DNA of 64,000 nt. Source: the human T2T-CHM13v2.0 reference genome, Homo sapiens. The position numbers and the translations under genes were made by a program. The notes below the pieces were generated by a model. That model was not told the origin of the DNA. It searched no databases and saw only the letters and a program-made list of their open reading frames with translations. Position 1 is the stretch's first letter, and each line of letters opens with the position of its first letter. The DNA is taken from the NCBI RefSeq assembly GCF_009914755.1, contig NC_060933.1; one strand, given 5' to 3'. This document shows, one piece after another, positions 17,372-35,045 of this stretch.

Positions 17372-18393
17372 GGGTGAGGGGAGTAGCGAGTAAATTTGCT
17401 CCTAGAAATGCTCCCCTAGCTAATTCCCCAATTTCAAATGAGTGAATACTCTGGATATGGGAGGAAGAGCTTGGACTAGAAGCTTCCTCAGGCTCTCTCA
17501 TCTCAAGCGTTCTGTGGGAGGGACAGCCCAATACAGCGGTTTCCGTGGAGTCTCTCTTCTCTGCACCTCACCCAAGGGAAAGGAACCTGTGGGGCACTGA
17601 TTTGGGTCCAGCCCCAGAGGCAGCCTGTCCTTTGTCATAGTGACCACCCTCCCCGCTGAGGTCTGGACACTGCAGCTCCATTCCATGGCCTTCGGCCTGG
17701 TGTTACTTGGCATTTTCATTCCTATTTTACAGATGAGGAAATCGAGGCCCAGGGTGATTGGTTCACACCATGAGTTAACAGTGGGGCAAGGCCTCATACC
17801 CAGTCTCCTGATAGCTGGTCCAGGATTCCTGTGAGCCTGAATGGGGGGTCAGGAGCTCATCAGATGCCCAGTGGAAGAGCGGGGTGCGTACTCACGTGGG
17901 AGGGGAGCCGGTTTCTCTGGTTCCATTGTAGCTCTTAGCTGGATTTTCAACTCCATGGCTGGTTACTTGAGTCTATGTTTAATCACCTGCTAGACTGAGA
18001 AGCCCCTAAAGGACAGGGACCTTTTGTCACATTGGGATCACCTTTTGTGGCCAGCTCAGTGCTTGCATGAGGTCAGCCAGGGTGCTTTAGGTACAAGACA
18101 GAAGGCCTCCCTCAAGCTGGCCAGAGTGAAAGGGATTTTATGGGCTCACCTACCTAAAAACCCAAGGAGGCCCAAATGGATTACGATGGGATTATCTGTC
18201 TGTCTGTCTCTCTCTTCCCATTTCCCCCCAGTTCTGGGTTCAGTTTCTCCACTGAGCTGGGAATGGGGAAAGGGGAGTCCCCAAGGGAAATGAGGGTGCT
18301 GGCCCCAGAAGAAGGAGGGAGCAGACACAGGCAAAAACAACAAAAGCCTCATAAACATACAATGTGCATGTCATGAATGGTAAATTCAATGGA

Positions 18394-18676
18394 TTTTTTT
18401 TTTTTTTGAGGCAGAGTCTCACTCTGTTGTCCAGGCTGGAGTGCAGTGGCACAACCTCGGCTGACTGCAACCTCAGCCTCCCAGGTTTAAGCGGTTCTCC
18501 TGCCTCAGCCTCCTGAGTAGCTGGGACTACAGGCGCCCACCACAATGCCTAGCTAATTTTTGTATTTTTGGTAGAGAGAGGGTTTCGCCATGTTGGCCAG
18601 GCTAGTCTCGAACTCCTGACCTCAGGTGAGCCTCCCAAAGTGCTAGGATTACAGGCATGAGTCATTGTGTCCGGCC
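18394..18676 (-). mobile_element. Alu (S-like), small left-arm deletion
   Basis: TSD aaattcaatggattttt on both sides. Confidence 0.92.
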
Positions 18677-19106
18677 AAATTCAATGGATTTTTGTAGAAA
18701 CATTTTTTTTTTCTCCCAAAAGGAATTCACGCTGTAGGCGTGACATCCAGGTGCACATCAGCTCCTATAACTAAACAGAGCAAGCCCTGTGCATTGAGAA
18801 AGATTCTGAAACCACCTCTTGGCTCAGCAGAAAAGAGCATCATAATCGGTTTAATTATTTGTGCCTTTGCCTTGGTGGTGGGGGTGGCGGGGCAGGGGCT
18901 GTGTGTACGGCATCCCTAATCTGGTCCCAATTTTGGTGTTGTAGAAGTACTTTTAAGAGTTGAAAACAATTGGATTGAACCTAAATGATGTTGCAAGATT
19001 TCCCCAAAGCTTAAAGAGCCAATTATGTGGTTGGGAGCCCTTTCTGACCGGCTGTGATTCCATCCTAAGGACTGACAGATAAATTATTATGTGGAGGCCG
19101 TGATGA

Positions 19107-19475
<369 letters not shown>

Positions 19476-21670
19476 TTCATATCCTTTAACTGTGACAAGA
19501 GTGAGCTGCATGGCCCCTGCCTGCGCTAACGGTGTCAACACATATTTATTCAGTGCCTACCATGTATCAGGCACAGTTTTGGGGCAGATTGAGATAAATT
19601 TATCCCGGATTATATGTCACACTTCTGAAAGAGGAGATGTTGGAAAAGGAGGTAGCTCTTAAGATTTTTTCCTAGTTGGGACTTGGTAAGAATTGAAAAT
19701 GTCCTTACACTTGGGTGGAGTATGTTGTGATCCCAGTAATGATTTCCGGGAGCGCTTGTAAACCACCTCTGGTGTCTGAAATTCCACCATTAGTGATTCA
19801 TTCCTTTGGGGTAAGCATTGCCGTTTCTATTAATAGCTTAGGTATTAGGTACTAATGGGATACTAAATAGGGATCTCATTCATCGCTAAGGCCTCCTTAG
19901 GTAGGAAGTTATTCTTTGTTTTTTCTCCCATGACAAGGCCCTAAGAAGAGAACCCCTATTTGGGTGGAAGTGGAAATGGAGTTAAACTGGGATACAACAT
20001 TGGGTTGGTGGTGGAAGCCAGAGTATGTGCATTATAAGACGTGGTGCCTGCCCCACCCAGAGTGCTAAACTTAGCAACAGTCAAAAATTGTCATCATCAA
20101 ATCACTTTTAGTGGTCATTGTTCTCCAAGTTTGGATCCTGAAGGCAGAACAAGAACTAAAGGTCCTTCCCGGCTCTGACCCCCTGCTGCAGCCTTCCGGA
20201 TCCAGCCGCTCAAATGGGCGGCTCCGACTCCCGCTGCCTGGGCCAGCTGCTGGAGGAAGTTGCTGGAGCCCTGGCCAGGCACCCCTGCCCTCCCACCCTT
20301 CCCAGCTGGAGGTGTGGCTGTTTGCTTCCACCTGTTTACTTTCTGGCTTCTAGCAGCTCCTTCCACACTGAAAATGCCAGCCACTGACCGGTCCACAAAC
20401 GCCGACCATCCCCCTGCTCCACTTGCAGTGGTTAAAGGTGTGTGTGAGCTCTGGAGTCTGAATGGGTTTAGAATGAGGCTTGACCTGCTGAGTAACTGAG
20501 CTGCTCTTTGCTGACATTCCCATCTGTAAAATGGGATAACAGTGCTAACCCCAGTAGGTTCTTGGAAGTATCAGTGAGGTAGCTAATACATATCAGGTCC
20601 CTGGTTAAAGGCCTGGCTTATAAAAGGAGCTCAATATATGTAAACTTTGATATTATGTTATTGCTTGGGGCCTTGGCCAGCCACCCTGGGGGGGTCCTGC
20701 CCCTCCAGCTGCCCTCTCTTGCCTTCCCAGACACTGTGCTCTTCCGGTGGCTCAGATGTTTCTCTATTGAGACTTCTCTGTTGACACCGCTTGACCCTCT
20801 GAGGTCCTAACCCGGGTACCCTCCTCACCTACCAGCTCTCACCTGGGAGCCCCACCCATGCCCAGGGCATTAACAACCCCTGAACCTGGGCTACTCCCAA
20901 CACAGACTGTAAACCTCCCCTGAGCTCAGATGGAGAGAAGTGCTTTTCACTGGCTGCTCTAAAAGCACATCAACCGATCCAACATGAAAGGCCCTTCCTT
21001 TCTCCTAACAACCACTTCCTCTCTCGCATTCACCTGCTCCCCCAGGTCCCAACTTTCCTCTTTGAGGGGAAGACCGCACTGGCCAGCCCCTGGGACAGGG
21101 AACCACACCCAGGTGTTTCCTTCCTTCCCTTCCCTTTTTCCTACCTGCAAGTCTGGTGGTTCCCCTTGGGCACCATCTCCTGCACCCCATCCCTGCCCTC
21201 ACTGCCCATTAGGGGACAGCCCAGCCACAGCCCCTTCTGGTGCAGCTTCCTGTTTTCTCCATGCTGCCTCCAGGGGGAGTCCCTGGACCTTGGTCTGAGG
21301 GGTCCCTCCCTTGCTCAAGGTATAATCAAGTCCCTGCTTGAGGGACTCCCTATTTTCCCTGAGATATAATCCAGACTTCTCAGCTCGGTTTTCAGGGCCC
21401 TTCTTCCAAATTCCAGTAGGATCCTCCTTGCCAACAGTTCCTTCCTATGTGCTCAGGAGCTCAGCTGACTGAACAACCCACTCCATGGCCTCTACCTGTT
21501 AGACTGCCTTGCCTGTGTTTCTCAAAGTTCCCCTGCCTGGTGTGCCTTCCCCTCAGCCCGGTGCCTGCCTGTGGATCTGATCACATTCACAAAGCCTGCA
21601 AGGGACGTAAGTCCTCGTGCAGTCCAGTCCCCTGTCTCCCATCAGAATATCATGGCTGTTTGTATTTCTT

Positions 21671-22327
<657 letters not shown>

Positions 22328-23393
22328 CCGTTTGTGTTTCTTACCCTCCCCTTGGCTCCTTCCATAGAAGCAATACTTTTTGCAGTCTGGGAATCTCTGG
22401 GGTCTACAAGAGGGGGATCTTGCCTTCTAGGAAAACTGCCTCTCAGGGGCAAGATGGCTGCCTCCAGAAGTGTGTGCTTTGAGGAGGCCAGGATGGGGAC
22501 CTCCAATACCTGACACAGGGCAGAATTCTATTCCTTGTGACTCACTGTCTCGAAGGTTACGTGGGTTTTGTCAGATACGCTGGGCTCCATGGCCGGGAGC
22601 CCTCCACTGCCCTCGTGTCGGGGCTCTGCTTTCCTGTCTCTCTCTCGGGAGGTAAGATTTCCACTTCTCAGGGCTGGGGCTGCCGGGTGGATTGAGCAAT
22701 GGTGTGGGTGAAAGCAAAACAGAAGTACACAAACTAATAATTAACAGATGTCAATTGTTAATAGCTGAAAAATACCACCACCACCCCACCCCCTGCCCCC
22801 AGGAGGGAGGAGAGCAAATGGTCACTTGATCCCTTGGAGGAGATTATTTCACAGCCAGCTTGGGGCAGGTTTGGCCAAGACAGTGACAAGTACTGTGGGG
22901 TATATGGGCAAGGGGGATGGGAATAGTGCCATTGCCAGGGCCACTGGGCTTTGACTTACTTTGATTCCCTTGTTTAATGCTCACAGCCTTAAGAGTCAAG
23001 GGCAGAGGCATTCCTGAGAATGAGCATGTGGGTGCCTGGGGGTGTGCACGTGGGGCACCCTGGGTCCTATCTGCCGAGTCTGAGCCTTGCGCCATCTCTC
23101 TTAAGCAAGTGAGATGCTTACTTAAGAGAGCAATTTTGCTCTCTTTCTCACCTCAGTTTTGCAGATGACATTGGCTTGACATGCCTGAGGTCAGCCCCAG
23201 ATTGCCAAGCCGGGGTCCTCGCTGTGACACGGCATGGCCAGTCCCTACCCTAGACCCAGGTGGCAGCCCCACCAGATTTAACATCCAGGGGTGGTGCAGG
23301 GCCAGTGGGGACTTTACCTAGCTTGAGAGGCCTCCTCTTTGAGGCAGGGCAACCCCAAGGGTGGGTTTTAAGCTTTCAGGTTTAAGAGTTCAG

Positions 23394-23944
<551 letters not shown>

Positions 23945-24522
23945 TAAGGTTTTGAGTTTACTTCACATCTGTAAGCTGCTTCTCTCCTTCCTTTGCCTCC
24001 ATGTTTGTACATTTTCTAATGAGAGAAACCATCCATTTGTTCTCTCACCTGCCTTGGGCCCAGCCCAGTTGGTTCTGTCTGGACCGCAGTTCCCACCCCT
24101 CAGCCCCAAGACTTGGAGGTACCTTAGATTCACTCCTCTCCTAGTGCCATCATCTCACTACCTACCTGTGCACCTGTTGGCCCTGGCTCAGGTGTCACCT
24201 TCTCCATGAAGCAGCTTTTCCAGGCAGAGTCTATGGTTGTCTGTGCCACGGACCCAGCGGGGCTGCCCAGAGGCAGGAGCTGGTGTTGTTCCTGGTGTCC
24301 CCAGGACTGACCAGGTTAACACCTGGCAGCTTGTAGGAGTCACAGAGGTTCGTGGCAAGGAGGAAGGCATGCACCTGAGGAGCAGGGTGGAGTGGTGGCT
24401 GAGATTGCTGAAATAGCCTACGGCCAAATCCAGACCATGCCACTTACAAACCAGCCTTGGACAAGTCAGATCACTTCTCTGAGGCTCAGTTTGCTCATCT
24501 GTAAGATGGGGAGGTAAAAATA

Positions 24523-24850
24523 CAGTCATGTGCCACATAATGATATTTCGGTCAAGGACAGACCAATAAGGTCCTTAAGATTTAACACCATATTTTTACT
24601 GTATTTTTCTGTGTTTACATACATGAATATTTACAATTGCATTGCAATTGCCTACAGTATTCAGTACAGTAACATGCTGTACAGGTTTGTATCCTGGGAG
24701 CAGCAGGCTACCCACCATCTAGCCTAGGCGTGCAGTAGGCTACACCATCTAGGTTTGTGCAAGTGTACTCTATGATGTTCACACAACAACAAAATCGCCT
24801 AATGATGCATTTCTCAGGACATATCTCCATCATTATGTAACACACAACTG
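24523..24850 (+). mobile_element. Tigger3a-like (TcMar-Tigger) non-autonomous DNA transposon inserted in a MIR
   Basis: TA|cagtcatgtgccacataa ... cacacaactg|TA termini with TA TSD; MIR sequence on both sides (24445-24520, 24851-24945). Confidence 0.8.
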
Positions 24851-25281
24851 TACCTACCTTCTGGAATTACTGAGAAAGTTAAAAGACAGGAACGTACGTG
24901 AAGCATTTAACACAGTGCCAGGAACGTAAGTCTCAATAAGTATTCATTTCTGTTGTGGGGATTTAGGGGGCTGCGAGAAGAGCACGCTGCTATAAACAGG
25001 CCTTCCTGGGCCGGGATCTCGGAGGCTAAGCACTCGCACTGCCTGCCCCGTCCAGGGCATGGATGAGGGGCTGAGATGGGGAGGGAGGGGCCCTGCTTTG
25101 GCAGTCAGCCCCTCTGTGACGTGTCCACATAACATCCATAGGAAGTTATTGTTTTTCCCCATATTTTACAGAGGAGGAAGTAGAGGCTCAGAGAGAGAGG
25201 CTCAGAGAGGTGAAGTCATTCACCCCTGTCACACAGCTGGGAGCTGCAGTGCCAACATAGATGCTACCAAAGTGGCTGGGC

Positions 25282-25602
25282 TTTTTTTTTTTTTTTTTTG
25301 AGACAGAGTCACTCTTGTCGCCCAGGCTGGAGTGCAGTGGTGTGATCTTGGCTCACTGAAGCCTCTGCCTCCTGGGTTTAAGCGAGTCTTGCGCCTCAGC
25401 CCCCGAGTAGCTGAGACTACAGGTGCGCACCATCATACCTGGTGAACTCTTTTTTTTTTTAAATTTTAATTTTTACCTTTTTAGTAGAGACAGGATTTTG
25501 CTATGTTAGCCAGGCTGGTCTCAAACTTCGGACCTCAGGTGATCTGCCTGCCCCGGCCTCCCAGAGTGCTGGGATTATAGGCGTGAGCCACCACGCCTGG
25601 CC
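25282..25602 (-). mobile_element. Alu (S-like)
   Basis: TSD tggctgggcttt; expanded linker. Confidence 0.9.
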
Positions 25603-26444
25603 AATGGCTGGGCTTTGAATCTCCCTTTGGCAGTGAGGTTTGGGTTGCAGTGAGTAGGTTTTGGAGTTTGGGCTGATGGGATGGCAGGATCAGGAGGGCT
25701 TTCTGCTTTTTTTTTTTTTTTTCCCAATGATGCCAATTCTGAACTGTTGCTTCCTGGGGCACCACAGGCAGGGAGTCTGGGCCAGTCTGGCCTTCAGCCC
25801 TATTTGCTGTGACCTGTATGGTGTGTGTTTATTTTAATATGTGATCTAGTTGTCTCCATTGAACGATCAGGATTTTACATCCAAATCTGGTAGCTTCTTG
25901 TAAACTTGATCTTCCGGCCATCGTGGGCCCACATTCCAATAGGACAGTGTGGGCTGGAGTGTGTTCCCCATTTAGCCTGCCTGGCCAAGCCTGCTTCTCT
26001 CCTTTCCTTTCCCTCCTGGCTCACATTGGCATTTGCGTTTGTGATTCCTGAGCCAAGTGGGCTACAGGGCTGGGGCACACGTGGGGTATGGGCCCTGGGA
26101 GCCCCCTCTGAGGAGCTCCCTACTAAGAAGGGCAGGCAGAATTATGATTCAAGGCAAGATGAGTGGCCCCAGAGAGATGTCTAGACAGTGCTTGGGGCTT
26201 TCAGAAATGTTAATGTGTTCAGAGGAGGGCATCCAGTGACTTGGCACACGTTTAATGAGCTCTTGCCTTGTGCCTGGCACTGGGCATCCCTGGAGGCTGC
26301 AGAGATATATTCAGGACACAGACTGTCCTCAGAGAGCCTGTGTTTCCGGGGGTGAGGGCATCCAAAATGGGCTTTCATGGAGCAGGATATTTGTGTTGGT
26401 AAAAATGAAGATGTGAGGCACTCTGGGCAGACGAGATAGTGTAG

Positions 26445-26764
<320 letters not shown>

Positions 26765-26919
26765 AGAAGAGAAACCTTGACAGCACCCCCTGGTTTGAGC
26801 TTTCGGAGAGTGGCTCTTGCTCAAGAATGACGAAGGCACGGGAAGATTCAACCTGGAGAAGCACTGACTTTGGAGGAAAAGGTTCTCTTGTGTTTTGAAT
26901 TTCTAAAGACTTTTAATCT

Positions 26920-27055
26920 ATTTTTTAAAAAATAGCCTTTATTTTTTAGATCAGTTTTAGGTTCACAGCAAAATTGAGCAGAAAGTACGAGATCCCATCT
27001 ACTCTCTGTGCTCACACAAGCACAGCCTCCCCCACCATCAACATCCTGCACCAAA
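26920..27055 (-). mobile_element. L1M (L1MB-like) 3' end fragment
   Basis: ttttaggttcacagcaaaattgagcagaaagtac...cacagcctcccccaccatcaacatcc, typical of an L1MA/MB 3'UTR in reverse. Confidence 0.7.
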
Positions 27056-27162
27056 ATCTGCTTCTTAGTCTATAAAAATGGCATGTCATGATTTTGTTTA
27101 TTAAAAATAAAATCAAATATTATAGACTGAAAACTAAGCCTTTTTTCTTCACCCCTACTCAA

Positions 27163-27206
27163 CACACACACACACACTCACACACACACACACACACACA
27201 CACACA
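27163..27206. repeat. (CA)n microsatellite, one interruption
   Basis: Direct reading. Confidence 0.92.
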
Positions 27207-30200
27207 AGCATATGTAAGAATCTATCCACCCAGGAGATCATCCCACATATCCTGAAGTATCCGATGCATCTTCACCTCGAAGTCCACGGTGTCGGTATAC
27301 ACATTTCCACCTCGCGCTGCAGAACGGTCACACAGGATTCCATTTTCAGGAGAGACTATAATTTATTCAACCAGGCCCCCTGTGATGGACACAGACGTTG
27401 TTTACAGTTTTGGTGCTTTTTTTTTTTTTGTATGCTGCTTCAAACCGGAGTGCATAAACATCCTTGTACATCTGTTCTTACACGCTTGTGAGAGTTTATC
27501 TGAAGGATAGCATGTAGAAGGAGAATCTATGAATTTAAAATGGACGTTTATGGATTTTTAACTTTTGATCCATGTTGCCTACTCACTCTCTGCAAAGACT
27601 GTGGCTGTGTACTCTCCTGGCAGCAGGATGTGAGAGTCGGTGGGTCATGATCTTCCTGTGTATGAAGAGCGGGGCTGGGCTAGGGCTGGGGCAGAGTTGG
27701 GGTGGGCCCCTGGCAGCAGAGTCTAGCCAATGCGTGGGAGGCATTTGGAGGGCATTTTTCTCAGTGCTGCCTTGCACTTTCATGCACATGTATATATCCA
27801 TAGAATAATATGATTCTGTTTAAATTTCTTTTTTAAAGTCATGTATCGTTCTGCAACTTGCTTCTTTCGTTCAGTAAGATATTTGGACACATTTTTCTAG
27901 TTCAGCTGTAGAATTCCACCTCACTGTTTCTATCTGCTGCGTAGAACTTTCTGCAGTGTGAGATTGACTTAGCCACCCCTCCGTGGGGGTTCTGCTTCAG
28001 GGAACATCCTTTGTGGGTCTCGTCAGGCTTGGGTGCCAGCATCCCTCTGTCTGCAGGAAGCACATTTATTAGGAAAGCGGTCGTTGCTAAGAACGACACT
28101 GCTGTTATTCCTGCCATGCACCTGGAGCAGAGGTTGTGGTTCTTGCTTTGGCCTTGGGCTTGGGCCTGGCACTTCTCTGAGTTTTCTCAAGCTCCATGTG
28201 GGTGCAGTGAATCTGCTGACTTTGTTCCTGGAGCTGAGTGGAGATGCTGGCTCAGGGCTTCTCCTAGCTCAGAGAGTGGCTGTGATGTGATTCCTAGCCC
28301 CCCTTAGTCATCCTAGCAGACTGGATTAGGTGGGCCCCCCCCATCCTAGTGATCCTGAGGCAGATGCCCCCCTGCCCAGGTGTGAACAGACTCTGCCTCT
28401 GGGTGGAAGATTGGCACAAGCCATGGGATCACCCATTTATCTTCTAGCGAGATCTTCCTCCAGGTTTAAAAGAGACCCTGTAGGGCACCTGGTCCTGGCT
28501 ATGGGTGTGGTGGTTGGAGGTGATAAGGAAAGAACTTAGGGGCTGCTGGTGGCCACTGCTGACAGCTTCTGCTAAGGGTGGGAGGCACTGGAAGACTTTT
28601 GAATCTGCAGAGTGTGGGCAATCAGGGAAGGCTTCCCGGAAGAGGTGGGACTGGGCCCAGTGGGAGTTTTAGAATGAAGAGGCAGTGTCTCTGGGCTCCA
28701 AGGCATCCCCTCGGCAGGGGCAGGGGAGGGAAAGCGGGGCATGCAGAGGGCCTGGCAAACCTTCTTTAGAGAGGCTCTTTGGCTACCTGTGGTTGCAGGA
28801 TGACCACTTGATGTCCAGAAAGCTACTAAAGGGGAGATTTGGAACTGGACAGACTGGGCTCAAACCCTGACTCTGTTGTTACCAGCTGTGCCAGTCACTT
28901 ACCCTCTCTGAGCCTCAGTTACCTGGTCTGTAAAATGTGATGATAACAGTTCCTTCTTCACAGGGCAAGTGGGACGGTGGCTTGAGCTCCTGTTTGGAGA
29001 ACTGTTGGCACCGACCTGCAAAAGGTGACAGGTGTGGTCACACCTGAAGGTAACCCAATCACTTGCGCCTGGAGTGATGGCTAGAGTTGGCCATGGTGTC
29101 TGGGTGAGGCCAGAGACACTTGCCTAGTAGAACCCCCCAGACTCAGTGATGGACCCAAGGTGCTGGTGAAGGCGACAGAAATGATGCGATAGATTCCCTT
29201 TCGCTCTTGGGTCCCACCCCAGGGGCCCACCTCGGGGCCCTACCTGCAAAAAGCAGTCCCTCAGGGACATTGGACAGGTGAAGAGGCTTTGAGGGCATGA
29301 CCCAAGTTGGAAGGCGCCCTGGAGTACCTGGGGAGAAGGAAAGCCTGGCCGGCTGATGGCAGAGGGTGGTGGGGGTGACAGCCAAGCTTCAGGCTTGGTG
29401 CTTCTCTCAGAAAATGCCACCATAGATGATGTCCCCAAGCAGCATTGGGTGTGTCCTCATGGCGCCCTTTCTTCCTGGGTAATTAATGGTGCTCTCATCC
29501 CCCTGAGAGGTTGGTGGTGGGTATGGCGGGCTGGCCGGGCAGGCGCCGGGCAGACAGTCAGAGCCCACTCCAGTCCTCCTCATCCATTTATTACCTGTCA
29601 GCTTTGCTCTTTCTGAACATAAAATAAGTGCCTGGGAGGCGGCCAGGGCCCCTGAAGCCCCGAGCTGGGCTGTCTGGGGCACTCTGGCTCCAGGGAGTCA
29701 TTCCCTGGAGGCTTCTGCTAAGCTCACCCCACTGAGGGGCTTCAGATAAGCTGGGACAACCAGGCTGTGGGCACAGGCTGGGTTCCTCTGTGATGTGACT
29801 GAGGCAGGTGGGTGGAGATGCAGGACTGGAGAAGGTCAGGGCCTCGGCAGCCAGCTAGAGGCCAGAATTTGGGTTCTGAGACAAATCCTCCTCTTTTCCC
29901 TCAAACCCCCGCCTCTCAGCCAGGGCTTCTTAACCAGGGCTTCCGGGACCCAGTGAGTCTCAGGATGGACTCCAGAGTGTCCAAGAACTGGAATAGGAAA
30001 AAAAGAATCCCACTGTTATTTTCAAGAACCATTAATTAGAATTACAAATGGTAATTCCTGCAATTATAAATGTAGATGATCAACCACAGTGGCATTAGCC
30101 ATTCTATGATGTTGCAGAAATCATAGGAATTGCAGAAATTCTCATGTCCTATTATTGTGGACCTGATAATAGGACATGAGATACCCAGTTGTCATGGGTA

Positions 30201-30302
30201 TCCTAAAATAACATTTTTGTTCACCGTACTTCAAAATTACAATAGTTATTAGCCCCAGATCTTGTTCTCTAAGGCATTAATAAAGAAGCACATATATTGC
30301 TA

Positions 30303-30958
<656 letters not shown>

Positions 30959-31441
30959 TAAAAACATTTTTCTGAGAGGGGGTCCTTAGACCTTACTAGA
31001 GCCCAAAGGGCCCATGGCATCTAAGAAAGGTAAAGGGCTCCTGCTGAGGCCCAGGGAGGGGCCCTCACAGGCTGGGGGCTACCCCATGCTGACAGGGATG
31101 AGGTGTCTGACTGTCAAATGGACTGAAGTCTGCACTGGGCAAGGCTGCTCTTTGTACCCATCTCTGTGCTGGCCTTTGGGGGACAGCAGCTCCTGGTGAG
31201 AGAGGACCTTGCCTCAAGGAGCTCCTGGCCTGGTTGCGGGAGGGGGCAAGGCACACAGACAGCTGAACAGCTCCCTGCACTGTCAGGAGTTCAGAGGAGG
31301 AGAGAGAAGTCACTTCCACCACTGGGACCTGATTGACCATCCTGGGAAGGCTTCATGGAGGAGGTGGCATTGGATTTGGGCCTTGAAAATTTTGACGTAA
31401 GAGACAGGGGAAAGCAGGTCAGGCTGAGAGGGACCAGACTA

Positions 31442-32355
<914 letters not shown>

Positions 32356-35045
32356 ACACGCCATAGCTCTGGTTGTTTATTACCGGTGATAAAACAGATG
32401 GGTCCTGGTGACCCAGTGGACTGGAGGAGATGCAGGGACAAACGCGGCCAAGTCTGAAGTTTCAGATCAGGACCAAAGCCCGGGTCTCTGCAGCTGGTAT
32501 CTGAGCACAGACCAGGTCTCCAGGTGCTCTCTTCCCTGCTGACCCTAAGGGCTGGGGCCAGGACACCCCCTCCCCTGCCCTCACCTCCTCTGCCCAGCTT
32601 TCCCTTAGCAAGGCCTCCTCTGGCCCCTCCAGCATAGACTCCCACCCCCCAGGAAGGGTCAAACACAAACTCCATCTCATTCCAACACCTGGTGCCGTCT
32701 AACCTCGTTCTTTTCCTCCAGGAGTTCCCAGGGTCGGGAAGGTGCAGTGAATGAGACAGGCCTCAGAGAGTGACACTGGGAGCTCCACTTGGGTTTCTAA
32801 GTCTCAGAGCAGGAAGTGTCTAGACCAGCGTCCCACTGTGAGTGAGCGCTGGAGCCTCCCTGAAGAGGGATGCCGTGGGCAAGGTGGTGTGACAAAGGTG
32901 GGGTCTTTGAACGTGGGATTTTGCAGGAGCAGCTTCACCTCTGGGCCTGCTCACACTGGGGCTGATACTTGGGGTCCTGGAATTCCATATGCACTTTCCC
33001 CTAGACCCTTTTGGGGGGCTCCCCAACCCTGCTCAGCTTCCCTCTCTCCCAGACTGAGGGGTTCCAGCTGCTCCGGGCAGTGGGAGCCCACTGATGCCGG
33101 AGAATAAATTTGCTGTTTTGTAGAGCATGTGGATGCATATTTGGGGGGCTTAATCTTCTTAATAAATTGTTCTCAAATTGTGCACTATTAAACTCCTGAA
33201 AAATTCATGAGCACGCTGGGAATAGAGACCTCATCGGGAAGGTTTGACATGAACAATACAATAAACGCAGCTTCTAAATTGGGTCAGGGAAGCCTTCGAG
33301 GCCCAGAGAGAGGACATTCCCGCTTGACCCTCCCCAGGCCTATAAATTAATCATGTGCACAAAGAGGGCCTTGTTCTCTCTTGTCAGAGCCAGGGGTTGT
33401 GTCTTTGCCCACTGACCCCACCCCCCCTACCAAACCACCTCTGCTGCAAACAGAGTGCCTGGTGAGGCCGTTCAGCGTCTGTGCTTTGTTATTCCTGTGT
33501 CTCCAAAGCAAGGTGGGTGTACGTTTCAGCAAGAGAGATGTAGGTTAGATAGGAGGAAGAACTTCCTGGCTGACTGTGGGGTGGTGTGAAATCCTGGAAT
33601 GGGCTGCTCTGGGAACTCGAGGAGACTCTTTTCATTAGGCTTTTAAGACCTGGCAGGCTCTATCCCCCTTGGTGCTCTCAGACCATTGCCCAGAGACAGC
33701 AGTGACCAGGACAGACATTGCCCCAGGGTTTGGCCACAGGAGCTGGCCTGGATGTGCCTCATTCTGGACCGTTGTGGGAGATTTAAGGCTCAGCTAAGGG
33801 GACATCAGGACAGCATCCTCCAGGCCCAAACCCTCACCATAGTCTAAGTACATGGCATTTGGATAAGGGAAGTCAAGTTAGGTCTCTGCCATGGGTCTGG
33901 GGCTGCTGCTCTCTTCCTCAACACCCTCAGCCTCTTGGAGTCCTATTCAAAGGCTTGGCCCAGATGCCACCTCCTCTGTGAAGCCTTTCTTGATTTCTCC
34001 CTGCCCTGTCAGTCAAAATTAGTTACTTCCTCCCTTGTGGTCCCTCTGCCTTGGGCCCTTGTTCGAGAGTCTCTGTGGAAGCCTATGTGTCCCACCAGAC
34101 TGTCAGCTCTCTGAGGACAGGGACTGTGTCAGAGCCCTCTCAGGACACAAAGGGACACAGTTCTTGAAGGGTCCTCCAGAGACCATGCCATGACTTGCAT
34201 TGGTTTTCACATGCCAACTCCTAGGAAGGGTCCCCTATGCACCCCGGGGTAGGAGCTGAATGGCCTGGCTTCCCAATGACAACATGGGAATCCTGTGCTT
34301 TTAAGACAGGAGTAGGGCCAGAAAGAGGAGAGATGGAGGAGGCAGAGGCCCCGGCCGGCCACACTTGACCCCGCCTTTACTCTCTTAGTTCTGACATTTC
34401 ACAAGCCTTTGTTTTTTTCTGAATCTGCTCAAAGTCCTTCAACCCTGCAGGTCTTTGGAGGAGGGTGAAATGGCCACCCTTAGTGTACACAGGAGCCCCA
34501 CCCTGAGCCAATGTGGCCCCAGGTGTCCCCTTGTGCCTAGAAAGCAGCCTCACTCCAGCACAAGCCTGGGCAGGTGCAGCCTCGGTGCGCAGTTTGGAAG
34601 GGGTGACGCGCAGGTCTGAGAATGGGTGGGCAGTGGGGGTGGAGTTCACTGTCAGCGCCAAAGAGGAAGTGGGGAGGCCCTCGTGGGAGTGTGGAAGAGG
34701 AGCACCTTTCTCTGGGGAGAGCACTTCCGGGAGATGTAACTGGGTAGCCTACCCAGACCCCTGGCCCTGGTGGTCTAGCCTCTAAAGGAAGCAGATGATA
34801 GCAATAGGAGAAGGCAGTGGACAGCCCCATTGGTCCTGCCCCCACCCCAGCCACCACCTGTGGCTAGGCTGGGAGGAAGCTGCTCTTCCACTCCCACCCT
34901 CACCCCGTGGGCTCGGCTGCTCCCTGCTGACTTGCACCTCAGAGGCACCCCCAGCCCCCTCAGCCAGAACAGCCAACACCAGGCAGGTTTGATGCCTGAT
35001 ACCATGGGGCCCTGTGTGCCAGTGCGGCCCACCCAGCCTCAGACC

